Shown: positions 12,501 through 24,075 of the stretch, in pieces
Numbering within the stretch: position 1 is the stretch's first letter
Layout: each line of letters starts with the position of its first letter
Assembly (NCBI GenBank): GCA_002633005.1
Contig: NMRA01000323.1
Coordinates: 392,817-456,816, forward strand
Direction: 5' to 3'
Origin: Phoronis australis
Lineage: Eukaryota; Animalia; Phoronida
Length of the DNA: 64,000 nt
The notes under the pieces: model-generated
What the model was told of the DNA's origin: nothing
What the model saw: the letters and a program-made list of their open reading frames with translations, nothing else
Database searches by the model: none
Translations under genes and position numbers: made by a program

Positions 12501-15500
12501 GCTTGCACATACAGCATTAAAAAGCATTAACGCAAGAGAGTTCCCATTACTTTCAACCAATGAAACACACGGCTTCCTTCCATAGGGCCAGCCTGGATTA
12601 CACTGCGACACTCAAATCTTGCTGTATTTATCCGCAAACATTCGTCAGGCACATTTGCTGCCTCGTTTTCGTGCCATTGGAGTTACACAAGCATGTTGTT
12701 TGCTGTTGTTAGATTCTTTGCAAGTTTTTCTAAGGGACATTACTCTATTCATCCTTACTGCTGTGCTGTGATATGCAACTCCCGACGTGAAAAGTTCGAG
12801 AACAGTACAAATACCAGAGGATGCATGATTTTAAGTTCTTCACCTTCCCTGCCCAATGTCAATTAGAGACAAGAAAATGCGAAGCGAGTTCCTCGGGTTA
12901 ATTTTGAACCAAGCATAATTCCCTTTCTTGAAGGTATCTGCTCAATTCCTATACTTTTGAACGGCTGAAATCGGGAACATTTCCACGGCCCCTCGCTGAT
13001 TTATGACATGTCTTCTGCAAAAATTTGACAGAGTTCCAAAATGAGGTCACAGGCTTTCTTATCTCTGCGACAAAGGAGAGTTCTATCCTCGTGTAATCCG
13101 GGACGGCCCTATTGTTGATATTTACAGATTTGAGTCTGTTTACACTTTTTATCAAATCGCCTGCGAAACTCAAAATGATGCCTTCATTTCTCTCCTATAT
13201 TCACCTTAAACAAATAATGCTACAATTAATTGCTAGCACATACAGTGCTGAGAAGACAGGACATACATGTATGAATCTGTATTATTTGTTAATACTTAAC
13301 AACAGGTGGCACTTGAGAAATAATGACGTTACCTGAAAATGACATGCATCACGGAATTCACACAAGGCCCTTATCTCACAAACAATAGCATCAGGGCTTG
13401 GAATGAACAGTGACAAAAAAGGAAATTTTTCCAGGAGATATATCGTTCCACAAATAAATAACCTTGTGTAATTGAAATATTTTATGAGCTGTAAAATTTA
13501 ACTGAAATGAACACTGCATGGCATTGAATAAAGTCAAACTAATGATAAAAGAGATGAAAGAAGAGGGAACTGGAAATCAAATAAGAAGAAAATGAGAAAA
13601 TCCTCTTAAAAGAGGAAAAATTCCAAGCCCTGCCTCATGCAGATTTCAACAACTCTTGACTCTCATTTTATCCAGGTGAAAAAGAGAACCGATCCTCATC
13701 AGTGCCACCTAGTGAATAATCAGTCTCCCAATAATGCAATGAACAAAATGAAAAAAACACTTGTCTGAGAGAATGTTGAACTGCGCAAAGACATGGCAGT
13801 TCCAAAACAGTCCATGACTTGTACTTCTTTTGCATGACTTTGGCATGCTACATCTTACTACGGACACTGTTCCAAACTATACTAAGACATAACTGTTGTT
13901 CCCACTTTTAAGTACACTAGCAAATTAATGGCCTGCGAAAATCTCCAAAACCTAACAAAGTACAAGCTATTTGTTCGTGGCTCAAGTTTCTATGTCTAAC
14001 TAGACTAACGAAATAGCACAAAGTCTTACGTGTTTGTTCTATATCTTCATCTTGTGTGGTGTCAGGTTCATTTGAAGAATACTCCTACAAATGGAAGTAG
14101 AAGGCATAGAAAACACAACCGAGACAAAAGCCAGGTTTTTGCCATTACTGATGCAGTAAATTACAGTACAAGACAAAGTAATAGACAAAATACTACTTTC
14201 CAAAAATTATGTCTAAAACAGCAAAAATTGGTAATAACCATTCATTAAGGCAGTAAAATTCGAATTACAAAATGGCTTAGCCACCTTACTATACAGCCTT
14301 CAGTGTCCAGGTCTGTTTTTACACATCACGTCACTTCCATGCCTTGGTATTGAAGTCATCTCCAACGACATTACAGCTTCGGCCAACCCCATCCTTCAGT
14401 TTACCTTACCACTGTTATCTTTCATCACAGATCACCATCAGTGACACTGTTGAACTACCTATGATACTATTCTGTTCAGTCTCACTGCTTATAAGGGGAA
14501 GGCGAACTTGTTCGTCCAGAGTCTGGAGTCCCCTGGGGGTCAGCCATTTTCATGAAGGAGAACTATCTATCCCCCAGGACTTCTATAAATCATTATTACA
14601 CACAGTGTCATCTTGACTACGTTGCGACAGGTCTGCACAAACTGTCACAATTTAAGGGTTACAACAGTTTGTGCAAACCCACAAATTGTCGCATTTTATA
14701 CTTCGAAGCGCACACTGCAACAGTTTGCAGTCAATCACTGCCTGTCGTCATTCGCCATGAAAACCGAACATACCTGATGGATGGGATGTATTCTGTTGCC
14801 AGCGGCAATGGACGAGATAACACCCTCCTGCGGAATTGATGAGTGACTGACCAAGGGTATTGCCTCTGATGAGCCTGTTTCATTTTGGTTGCTGTACAAC
14901 TGGACATTGTCCACAGACGAGCTGGACATTACTGACGTCGTAGCCTGGGACAGGGCATAGGACCGAGCTCGGTTATCCTAGCAGCAGATACAGGAATTCA
15001 TAAAATTCCAACCACAAAATACAAACAAGTTACAATTAATACAATTGATACAGTGTATGCAGTTGCAATTTTTTTTCAACTAACTTTCAAATTAAAGAAT
15101 GTCTGGAAAGCTATAGGCAAACTAAACAGGCTATGTAGAGTAAGATGAGTTAGTTTTTTCCACGGCACCTGCAAGTCACGTAGTTCATTTTGGCACTAAA
15201 GTTTTCAACATAATGATTTACTTTTACTTATATCACACTTTCTGGTAGTTCTTGTATTTGAACAGTCATGTTACTTCATGAACAATTCAAACAATATAGT
15301 AAAATGTTAAAATACATCGTTTTAATAAGTCGAAGGATATCTCGAAGCAAGCACGTTATATTAATAGCAAAGCATGAAAAGTTAAAACCAGTTACCATAG
15401 TGAAAGGATGGGAGTGTGTATCGGCCGCAGTGGAACTGCGTGGCGCATTCACCACATTGTAGTGGTGATGTGCCATGCTGACAGGTGGCGCCACCACAGC

Positions 15501-18500
15501 AACATAATTACCCTGAAGAGAAATGAAAGAGCACACGAAAATGTTAAGCAAGCATGATGTTTTCATACAATAATGCACCGCCACAACCATGAAACTTGAC
15601 CTCTTTACCCCGGTAACTCTAACTAAATGAATTAAAAGTACTGAGCAAGAAAAGTGGAGAATTCAAGACAGCTGAACACAAAGCGCACAATCAACCATGT
15701 CTCCTACACTTGAATCTGCATTTTGGTCTGTTTAGATGGCTGAAAATGACTTAGGCCTACAGTAGATCTCGCAATATCCTTTACCATGATAGGATTCTAT
15801 TTCCGTTACCAACGCAAGTCACATTCGCCATTTTCAAATTTGCAATTTTAGTGTTGGCCCATTCCAATAAACTCTGGAAGAGTTCTGTGTTTGACCAGTG
15901 GTCCCGATGGTTCAATGGCTAAAGCGTCTGCACGGATTGGAGAAGGTCCTGTGTTCGAGTCCCGGTCAGGGCAGAAATCTTTTTGGACTTACGCTCATTA
16001 TGTTCGACAAGTGAAGTGGCCAATACTTGGCGTGCAGACCAGACTTAAAATGTTTGTAAACTCTGGAAGTTTTCTCTAGTCTCTGGTGAATTCCATATTC
16101 TTGTTGGCAACAGAAAAAGAATCATATTGCAGTAGGGAATCTTACAAGGCCAATTTTATGAGAATAAAAGGCTAAAATTTGAGTTTTGTTTTGGCCAGGG
16201 AGAATGCAGCTTTATAGTATAACCATAAGACCTGCAGTTGTGCATTCGTTCTTAAGTTTGTTGCAATGTTTAGTAAGATTTAATTGCAAAAGAACTATTG
16301 GATACGGAATTTTGCAAATGACTACGGCTGGGATTGATGTGAAGAATAGAATCATTTGGTCCGCAGCTGAGCTGTGTGTGTGTAGGGCAGCTATTAATCT
16401 CAAATAAGGCTGGACACGCATAATATTAACTTCTTTTTATTAGCTTCTCAATTGCAAACAACTTCTATGGTTGAACGAGGAATTCTACTTGAGCAATTTG
16501 GCAATGAACTGACAAGTCTTTATCGATAACAAAGTATTGAAAGTCCTTTGCCAAGCCCTGTGAGCACATTTTAAAGAACCAAGCTCCTAATTTTAACATT
16601 TTCGACTAGTCTCCAGCATGTCACTATGACATTTTCAATGGTGACATCATTTGAAGTTGTAATTTTCATAAAGGAAACAAAAATAAAATTCAAATCATCT
16701 ATCTACTCAGCAAACAACTAAACTGAAGAAAAACAAGCCACAATCGAACAGGCATGAGTGAGGAACCCAGTACAGGTAAAAATTGACCTTGAGATGATGA
16801 TCATGGAAAAGATGGGAATTAAATGTGAACACAATAGTCCACTGAATTCATTCCCGCTGCTTAGACTGCTTGGTCACCTAGGTAATCCTTTATGACACCT
16901 CATTACGTCACCAACGATAATGTGCCTGTTGACTGTTGGCAGCCCAGTCAGATGGCTATTTTGTTGGCAGAGAATGGGGTAATTGAAACGTGCTCTTCAG
17001 TTGACAAAGTTAAATGGGTTTCAGCTAGAATTTTCACCTGCACTAGGTCCCTCACACAGTTGTATGGACTAGTACCTTTCTTACATTTTAAGTGGATGAG
17101 GATGGCGCTCAACCAGGAGAATCAAAACTAGGACTTGTATGATTTTTGGAAAACTCATAATTTGCATAAAACAAAAGCAAATTGATATTTTGGGAAACTA
17201 CAATGGTTTACCCTGTTTTGAGATGTCATCTCGGTAATTTCCACCAAATGAAATTTGGACGTGTTAATGTCATTGTTTTTTATGCTAAATAAAATTTTAC
17301 TGAAAGGACATGATCATTTGTTGACCAAGCAATGACAGGTTGGTATAAAGGCTACAAGATTCCTTACTTCCCAAAATGAATGAATGAGCAGCAAACAGGG
17401 TCGTGCCGCACTAAGACTTGTTTGCGTGACTTTCCTGGTACCCCCTTCAGTTGTCATTCTCTGTGGTGGCATTACTGCGTCATTTCATTTCCACTTGAGA
17501 ATTTAGCAAGTATGTTTCGAAATATCGTGTACCTTTTAATCATTTCTCTTGGTCAGTTACTTAATTTTTCATTGAGTGTAGAGTTTCATTCCGAACACAG
17601 GAACGAAATGGAATAAAGACGAAATAAGTTGTGTGCTTAATCAGTTCTGTATATCGGAAAACTTGCTCTCAAAGTACAGCCACTTCCAGATATCATTATT
17701 ATTTTACTTTTACATTACCAATGTCAATATTCTTGGATATATTTTGCAAAACTAATACAATGACTTGTCAGTAAGGTCCAACAAAAGGTTAACCCACCTC
17801 TCTACCACAAAGCCCATCACCTGCACCTGAGCTTACCTGTCCAACAGATGAGGGTAGGTCCACCGGCATTGCCTGTGTGCCATCTGAAGATGAGATGCCA
17901 TCATAACGAACTGGCTGGTACAGACCTGCCTGGTTGACAAGCAGTTGGAAACCATGGTAACCATTGTCCAATGATTGAGTGGCAGGATACTGTGAAAATA
18001 ATAAACCAACTGAAGAACATAGTTTTCCCTGAGACAGAACAGTAGGTGTTTCTATTGTTTGTCAAGTATAGCGATTTTCTGTGAAATGGCTATAGTATTC
18101 ACAAAAGTCTCAAAAATCAAAATATCCCCTACTCAAGTGGTAAGACAAAAAGAATGACAAAATTTTTGCATTTCAGGGCTCAGATTTTGTTTAATAATTT
18201 CGCCATGCACACACCTGAGCATGAGTTCAGACTGCCACAGGAAGTACACAAGCATATAGGAGTGAGAATAGATCAGAAAAAATTAAAAGGACCCATTTTT
18301 GAGTCATGAACAGGTATAAGGTGTGTCGATTATCTGCTTGTCTCCGGAGTTGAGCCAGTGCGGGATAATGGTCGCAAAGGAAAATTGGTCGCTACGGAGC
18401 ATGCAGGAGCAGACGCTGCTAATTTTCCATTCGACCAAACAGAAAAAATATGGGAGACATTTGCTGAGTTTGCTCGTAATTCACTTCAAGTATCCCAGTT

Positions 18501-21500
18501 ACGTCATTTTTGGCTCTGTCAGGGCCATTCATAAGGGTGCAGGACTTTCGCACACCCCTCCCTCTCCTTTTGGCAACCTTAGTTTTTACAGAGTTGACGT
18601 TATGATAGTGCCCAGCATTTAATTTTTTCATTTGAAAATTGACATGCACCCATGACTGCACTGCAAACGTTATTCTTTTGGAGTATTTGTTAGTACCGTG
18701 TAACATATAGAATAACAAGGCCACTAGGGGGCGTCAGGTGTGTCTGATATATGCCAAGCACTGTCGTCTTGTTGATAGAAACTCAGGGCTCGACATAACG
18801 AGCTGCAGGTCGCATTTGCGACCTGAAATTTGGAAATGCGAGCTGAGATTTTTGTCAGCTCGTATCAAGTCGCAAAATGCGACCTGGAATTTCCAACGAA
18901 TGCGAGCTGAGTTTTTACATTTCTCAACAGATACCTGGCAAATACAAAGCAGCTCTTGTTAATCCGACCGTTATTTGGTCGCTGCCAAATCCAAGTTCAA
19001 AACAACACTAACGGGGACAGCCCTCCCGATGACTTGTAAGCAAGTCGCGTGAACATGGGATATGCAGTATCGATCTTCGACGCGTATCATTGGCTAACTC
19101 TTTCGGCCACTTTTGTAAATTCCCGGATTCGCCGAAGAAAGTTTCGGGCCACTGCTTAACAGGTGATAAAACTTCACAAAACAACGGTGTTTCTACTAAT
19201 TCTTAAGCGATTAACTTACCAAACTTTGTGGTGGACAAAAATGTTTATGTTTCACATAAGATATCCTTATTACATGTACCAAATATCCACGACAATATCC
19301 CTGATACCGCACTGCGGCACCGTTAGCGCGCAAGCGGCCCCGGCACACAATCGTGACTTAGACTGAGATGTGCTTCTGCTTTTTATCGTATTAGACAGCC
19401 AAAGTGAAAATGACAACCTTATTAATCGCCAAACGACGGTCACGTCTTTACTTCCACTGGCCAAGAAATTGTCTAACCCCTTACTTGTTTCTGGGGCTAC
19501 CTGCGCGAAATATGATTTGTCTTTCACCCGTTCGTTGCCAACGTAAAGTGTAGGCATACTCCAGCGATTCAAGTGCGTGAACTCACGCGCGCGCACCACT
19601 TCAAAGAACAGCGACTGCCCTAAATGAAGAGTATACCGGCTTGGCTCTGGTTTATTTGAAAATAAACTCAGATTCCCAGCGGTTATAAAAGACCCGATGT
19701 ACCGGGACCGATATAACCCCGAGAACTGACGTTTTCCTGCTCCGATGTTTCCCGAGGTCGATGTTCTGTAAATCCTGTATTCTATGCCCGTAGCCAGTTA
19801 TTGCAACTAAACTGGCACTAGATGCGAAATTGTGGTTCAAGTTAGCGAACGTTTCATTCTTCTTTTTATACACCCCCCCCCTCCGGCAACTTTTCGCTCC
19901 CCGAACCACCGTCGCCGTAAAATGTTCAGACTCCTATAGAAACAACCTTGTTCCGGCTGAAGCGGGCAGTTAAAAACAAAATCATTCCGGGTGGCTAAAA
20001 AGGGTACAATGTAGGTGGTAACGATATCCAGAAGTCACCCCTACGAGATGGAGTTTGCCTCGCAAAATCGTATTATTATAACGTTTCTTACCATTGCAGC
20101 GTTTTAATATCTTATTACCGCAAACACTGAGGTTAACGACTATGCTCACGCACAAGCTTACTCCCTACCTTTAAAGTGTTTCATAATAAGCGCCCACTGA
20201 TCTATTAAAAGTACCCCCTTAATTTTTTTTTGAGAATTTCCAATGAAGCGCCCATGGTTCAAGCTAGCGCTCATCATAGCGCACTACAAACGACCGCGTG
20301 TGATTTAAAATTGTCACGCAGCTTATATGGTGTGTCACTTTCATTTTACACAACTTCAGTTTTCAAAAACGTCTTTTCACAATATGTAAAAACCAAATCC
20401 TGGCTTTGTTTTATGCCTCGGAAAGAAAGTTAACACTAGTGACATGCGTGTCGTTTTGTGACTGACCTATTTTTCCCGTACTTGGAAGGTATTGCGGAGC
20501 AAACTCGCCATTACCCGAGTTAGTTTGAATCGTTAACGACTTTGATGACAACCAGTTGCAGGCCAGATCTAAAAATATCCCGGATACTTTTTCAAGGGGC
20601 ATTTTCTCCCTTTTCATATCGCAAGTTTAGCTACTCGAATGCACAAGTCAGTTAGAGAGCACTGATTCAACTTTCACGTCGGCAACTTGCCTTGCGCTCT
20701 AGAGTCTTTCAATGGCGGTCGTGAAGAACAGTAAGGCACCTGCATGAATGAAGACAATTTTGAGATCCGAAATTTGTGAGTATTTAACGCTGCAAGTAAG
20801 AGCAATTTCTCGATGATCTAAAAAATCTATTTTGGCGCGTAAAAATGGCGGGAAAATTTTGCGACCTGGCATTTACGAATGCGAGCTGGATTTTGAAAAT
20901 GCGACCTGGGATTTTGGCTAGGTCGCAAAATGCGACCTGGCGATTTTAATAACGTCGAGCCCTGAAACTTATTTGTCAAATTTTGTGAACATTCATAAAC
21001 AACTAGGAACTTGTAGATATAGAGTCATGCGTAAAAAATCTAAATTGCAACTATGGGATGCCACAGTGGTTGGACTCATCCTGATATCTGTCATTTTCTC
21101 TTCAGTCGGAATATATTTCAAATTTTCTGAAGATCTGTCACAGAACTTGGTATGAATTGCAGCACAGGCAAAAATAATAATTCGGCTCTAGGGGACGCCA
21201 CTGTAGTTGAACCAATTGAGAAATCTATGTCAGACACGATAGTCTCAATAGGAATACATACCTTCAGACTGTAAAATTTCATTAGAACCTTTCACGTACT
21301 TTTAATTGGGGGATAGAGAGGTAGACAACAAAAAATTGATGCCAAAATAATAAAAAAAGACTGCTAGCAGGCCCTGAATAGGTTCAATAAATCAAAATAT
21401 TGCAACATAATATTATTTCCTTAATAAACTTAGGGCAGAGTATAGGCCAGGATTTTGGTCTTCAGACATCCGCACCCTCAAACTGCTAAATGGAATCTGA

Positions 21501-21948
21501 CCCCCCCCCCCTGGTCATAGCCCCCTTGGCCACCCTGTAAATCTGCCACTGCAAGTACAGGTGCTGCATGAAAAGGTCCCCATTAAACATCAATAATATT
21601 ACAAATTCAGCATAGTTTACTCTCCGTTTATCAACGCTAAATTACTATAGACACACTGTACAATGTCGTCGCAAATAGTTGCTTATATTTTGCCAAAATA
21701 ATCACCAATCCAATTAGAAATAAGTTTTATGCCAGTTAGCACAAGTAATTAATGTTCTCAAATACATACTTAATAGCTAACTCATCATGTGGAGCAATAT
21801 AGTATACGAAGTAACTCACCTGAGGATACAAACTATGGGAAGGACTGACCACTGGGTAGTTGGCTGTCTGACCAGCAGCACTGGACGTGCTTGGTAGGTT
21901 AGACTCTGCCACTTCCTGTACTGGCCATCGGTCACGATTGTCGTCCAT
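1801..21948 (-). CDS. PRDM10: PR domain zinc finger protein 10 (whole multi-exon coding span, ~1327 aa if the candidate exon 14459-14522 is real)
   Basis: GT-AG exons chained with consistent phases except one junction (14774 phase 0 to 12006 phase 1) that needs a linking exon. Protein order: low-complexity N-terminus, zinc knuckle [21 protein letters not shown] ([29 protein letters not shown]), [10 protein letters not shown] finger, C2H2 array with [13 protein letters not shown] / [10 protein letters not shown] / [15 protein letters not shown] / [16 protein letters not shown], which I recognise as PRDM10-type, then a Q-rich tail. Confidence 0.92.
3878..4034. mobile_element. short MITE
   Basis: Imperfect TIR gggctgagttgcaaaaaag / cttttatgcaactaggccc. 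Confidence 0.6.
4644..4873 (-). CDS. PRDM10: PRDM10 exon ([23 protein letters not shown] finger)
   Basis: ttccag| acceptor, |gtaggt donor; phase 2 to 1. Confidence 0.9.
5701..5762 (-). CDS. PRDM10: PRDM10 small exon ([20 protein letters not shown])
   Basis: tttgcag| and |gtatgg; 62 nt, exactly reconciles phase 0 to 2 between the flanking exons. Not in the ORF track. Confidence 0.8.
6710..6951 (-). CDS. PRDM10: PRDM10 exon ([23 protein letters not shown] finger; GRARGR basic patch)
   Basis: ttttgcag| and |gttagg; phase 1 to 0. Confidence 0.9.
7354..7426 (-). CDS. PRDM10: PRDM10 exon, end of PR/SET domain (VGYSAHYA)
   Basis: gttgcag| and |gtaact; phase 0 to 1. Confidence 0.88.
7437..7835. 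repeat. 32-bp minisatellite, ~12 copies (aagggacatcacatgataacacgtctaccatc)
   Basis: Unit starts at 7499, 7531, 7563 and so on; degenerate at both ends. Confidence 0.95.
8052..8228 (-). CDS. PRDM10: PRDM10 exon, PR/SET core ([20 protein letters not shown])
   Basis: tttgtcag| and |gtgagt; 177 nt. Confidence 0.93.
8509..8621 (-). CDS. PRDM10: PRDM10 exon, PR/SET start ([18 protein letters not shown])
   Basis: cttcag| and |gtacac; phase 1 to 0. Confidence 0.92.
9260..9400 (-). CDS. PRDM10: PRDM10 exon, zinc knuckle ([17 protein letters not shown])
   Basis: tttgcag| and |gtgaga; phase 1 to 1. Confidence 0.92.
10283..10385 (-). CDS. PRDM10: PRDM10 exon ([16 protein letters not shown])
   Basis: ttttcag| and |gtaagt; phase 0 to 1, supplies the T of the TGG (W) codon of the knuckle. 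Confidence 0.85.
10986..11074 (-). CDS. PRDM10: PRDM10 N-terminal exon ([12 protein letters not shown]..)
   Basis: atttcag| and |gtatgt; phase 1 to 0. Confidence 0.8.
11632..12006 (-). CDS. PRDM10: PRDM10 N-terminal Ser/Pro-rich exon
   Basis: Within ORF 11585..12025; ccttgtag| and |gtgagt; phase 1 to 1. Confidence 0.8.
13392..13632. mobile_element. MITE, CAGGGCTTGGAA family
   Basis: TIR cagggcttggaat / attccaagccctg; internal similarity to the 55140 and 59790 copies. Confidence 0.85.
14459..14522 (-). CDS. PRDM10: candidate PRDM10 linking exon ([21 protein letters not shown])
   Basis: Best open AG..GT segment I found with the needed phase 0 to 1 (ctccag| ... |gtagtt); splice sites are weak. 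Confidence 0.35.
14774..14977 (-). CDS. PRDM10: PRDM10 N-terminal exon (DNRARSY..HPIHQ)
   Basis: ctgctag| and |gtatgt; 204 nt. Confidence 0.75.
15396..15512 (-). CDS. PRDM10: PRDM10 N-terminal exon (GNYVAVV..HPFTM)
   Basis: ctcttcag| and |gtaact; 117 nt. Confidence 0.75.
15900..15975 (+). mobile_element. tRNA-derived SINE head or tRNA pseudogene
   Basis: A-box tggttcaatgg and B-box gttcgagtc at tRNA spacing; stems do not form a valid cloverleaf. Confidence 0.6.
17837..17989 (-). CDS. PRDM10: PRDM10 N-terminal exon (YPATQSL..SSVGQ)
   Basis: ttttcacag| and |gtaagc; 153 nt. Confidence 0.75.
18784..20964. mobile_element. non-autonomous hAT-like DNA transposon (2.2 kb) with 5-bp TSD
   Basis: TIR cagggctcgacat / acgtcgagccctg; AAACT on both flanks; arrays of subterminal tgcga(c/g)ctg motifs at both ends; no transposase ORF. 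Confidence 0.85.
21820..21948 (-). CDS. PRDM10: PRDM10 first coding exon ([12 protein letters not shown])
   Basis: Acceptor tatttgcag|G then ATG at 21948; donor |gtgagt. Confidence 0.75.
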
Positions 21949-23230
21949 CCTGCAAATAATTATACAGCTGGCTCAAGATTGTAGTAAAGCTTGCACAAAT
22001 GCAAAATCTATGGGCTCTATGACTTTTTACCTGAGAAATACACATTTTTAACCCGTAAGAGTACATTTCGGAATCCTTATTGAATTATACTGAATGATTT
22101 TAATTCATGTCTCAAAATGACGAAAAAGATACCGCCTATACATCACTGCACAGCACATTTCCAAAAACAAGCTGATTGTAAAACCAAAACAACATACTCT
22201 AGCTAGTGAACCAGTGTGTTTGGACAGCAGAACACTACCAAGCATCTCCAAACATGGACTTGCACAAACTTTGTATTCTAAGTCCATGGTCTCATTGGTC
22301 CTTCTTTGTGACAGGCAATATTTCAATCTATTGAACTCAATTAGAGATCATGGTTTTCACAACTAATTGCATGGCTTGCAAATTAATTTCATACACATCA
22401 ACTGAACTATGGCAATTGCTTCTTTGATGCAGGTACATGTTCAAAATGTCTTACTAAGAACACAATTTATAGTCACTGTCAACTCTTTTCACAGCAACTT
22501 CATAACAAAATGTGCTCTTTGCAACTAATATAGATTGATTTGACTCTATATTAGAAGCCAATTGTTTCCAGAATCAAAATGTTGGTACCTAGATCTAGTT
22601 TTCAACAATTTACTAATCATAGTTGTTACGAATTTCAAGACTCGAATATAAATTTATTTTACAAGTCACGGTGGTAGGCCTATGTTTTAGTTCTAAAGTC
22701 TATACCAAGGGAGGCTTGAACAGATTCATGCGGCTACAGCCAAGCGAACACCACAAGCCGGTAGGCCAAGAAGATTTAGGCCTGTGACGTCGATCGAGCG
22801 ATTCAAATGATCTCTCGAGTCTAAACAAAATGGCGGGGCAAAGCATTTTAACCATCTTGAATTTTGCGGCGAGATTAACACTTATGACAAGACTGGCCGA
22901 GCATCTATAGTAAGGAAACGAATGCTAGGTTTAGACAGCACAACTTGACACCCCTTTGGCGCATCCAAACCCCGAGTTATTATGCGCTGACCCAACATCG
23001 TTGTGAATTTTGGAAGGTACCAACAGAACAAAAGAACAGAGGGAGAGAAGAACAACAATCCAGGATTCAAAGTACACTGTTGTCCTCTTTTGACTCGTTA
23101 GATAAGCGCATATTGGCTTAAAAGTGCTTTCTTAGACATTTTCCAACACTTCAAAGCGACAGACAGTGTCATTCAAAACAGTAAACCAAATATTTATAAA
23201 GCAAAAATAATATTATTGGCAGTTACCCAC

Positions 23231-23560
23231 CTTCTTCAATATCAAGATCTCGCAACCTCTCGTACTTTCTCGCTCAGTAAGACAAAGTCAGGGGAAATAA
23301 CTCTGAAAGCGGACGAGTTCATTAAATATTCTTTTATTACCGTATTTGCGCGTATATAGGCCGATGCGCCTCAGTTAGTCCGCCCTGGAGCTATGTGTTT
23401 CCAAAAGACATTGCTCAAGTGTTTTGCATATCGACGCAAGCGATTATGCTTTACTTATTGGCGAAGGGGCTAATCCTTAAACTGCGCCGTCTTTTGAAGC
23501 GGCGTTCCGTCTAAGTCTGAGAGAAGCGATAACTTCGATCAGCTCAGTGGCTTTAGTTCA
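23231..23560 (-). promoter_or_regulatory. probable PRDM10 5' non-coding exon and promoter region
   Basis: The ATG exon has an acceptor, so an upstream exon must exist; donor-like aag|gtgggtaact at 23230 and CpG-enriched sequence upstream. Boundaries approximate. Confidence 0.4.
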
Positions 23561-24075
23561 GGGAGATCGATGATCGGCACACAAAATGACACGCCGTGAC
23601 TGTTTGCAAATTAATCCTGCTCCATCTGTGCAAGCAAATTGATATAACCAACTGTCCAAGTTTTGTGAATAAGCCCTGAAATTTCAGCTTTTCCAAGTTA
23701 TTTGCCGGGGAACCAGTGAGCCGAACCTAACTTCATCAGTTATAATCACTGGATCAGCCCGCGGCACTGCTGCGACGGAACCGCGTTAGTCCCGTCGGCC
23801 GCGGACCCAGTCCGTTGCCCGGCCGACCGTGCGACTTAGTTAGCTTACGTCGATGATGACGCGTTTGCTGAGTGCAAAACGTTCAGTGTACTGATGCGCG
23901 CACCCAGCCTTATGCCGGCGGCTCGAATTTCTAGCCGCCTCTGTTCACTTTTTTCAATGATGACAAGTGAAAATTAAAGCGGGAGGACTCATAAAAAAAC
24001 GGAGTACCACCCCTTCACTGTGCGTCTGTGCCTTTTTAGTGGACTTTTGTCTCTTTTTCTCGGACTTTTCGTCTC

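Noticed and set aside
15900-15975. tRNA-like sequence
   Set aside because: Acceptor and anticodon stems are broken; treated as a SINE head or pseudogene, not a functional tRNA.
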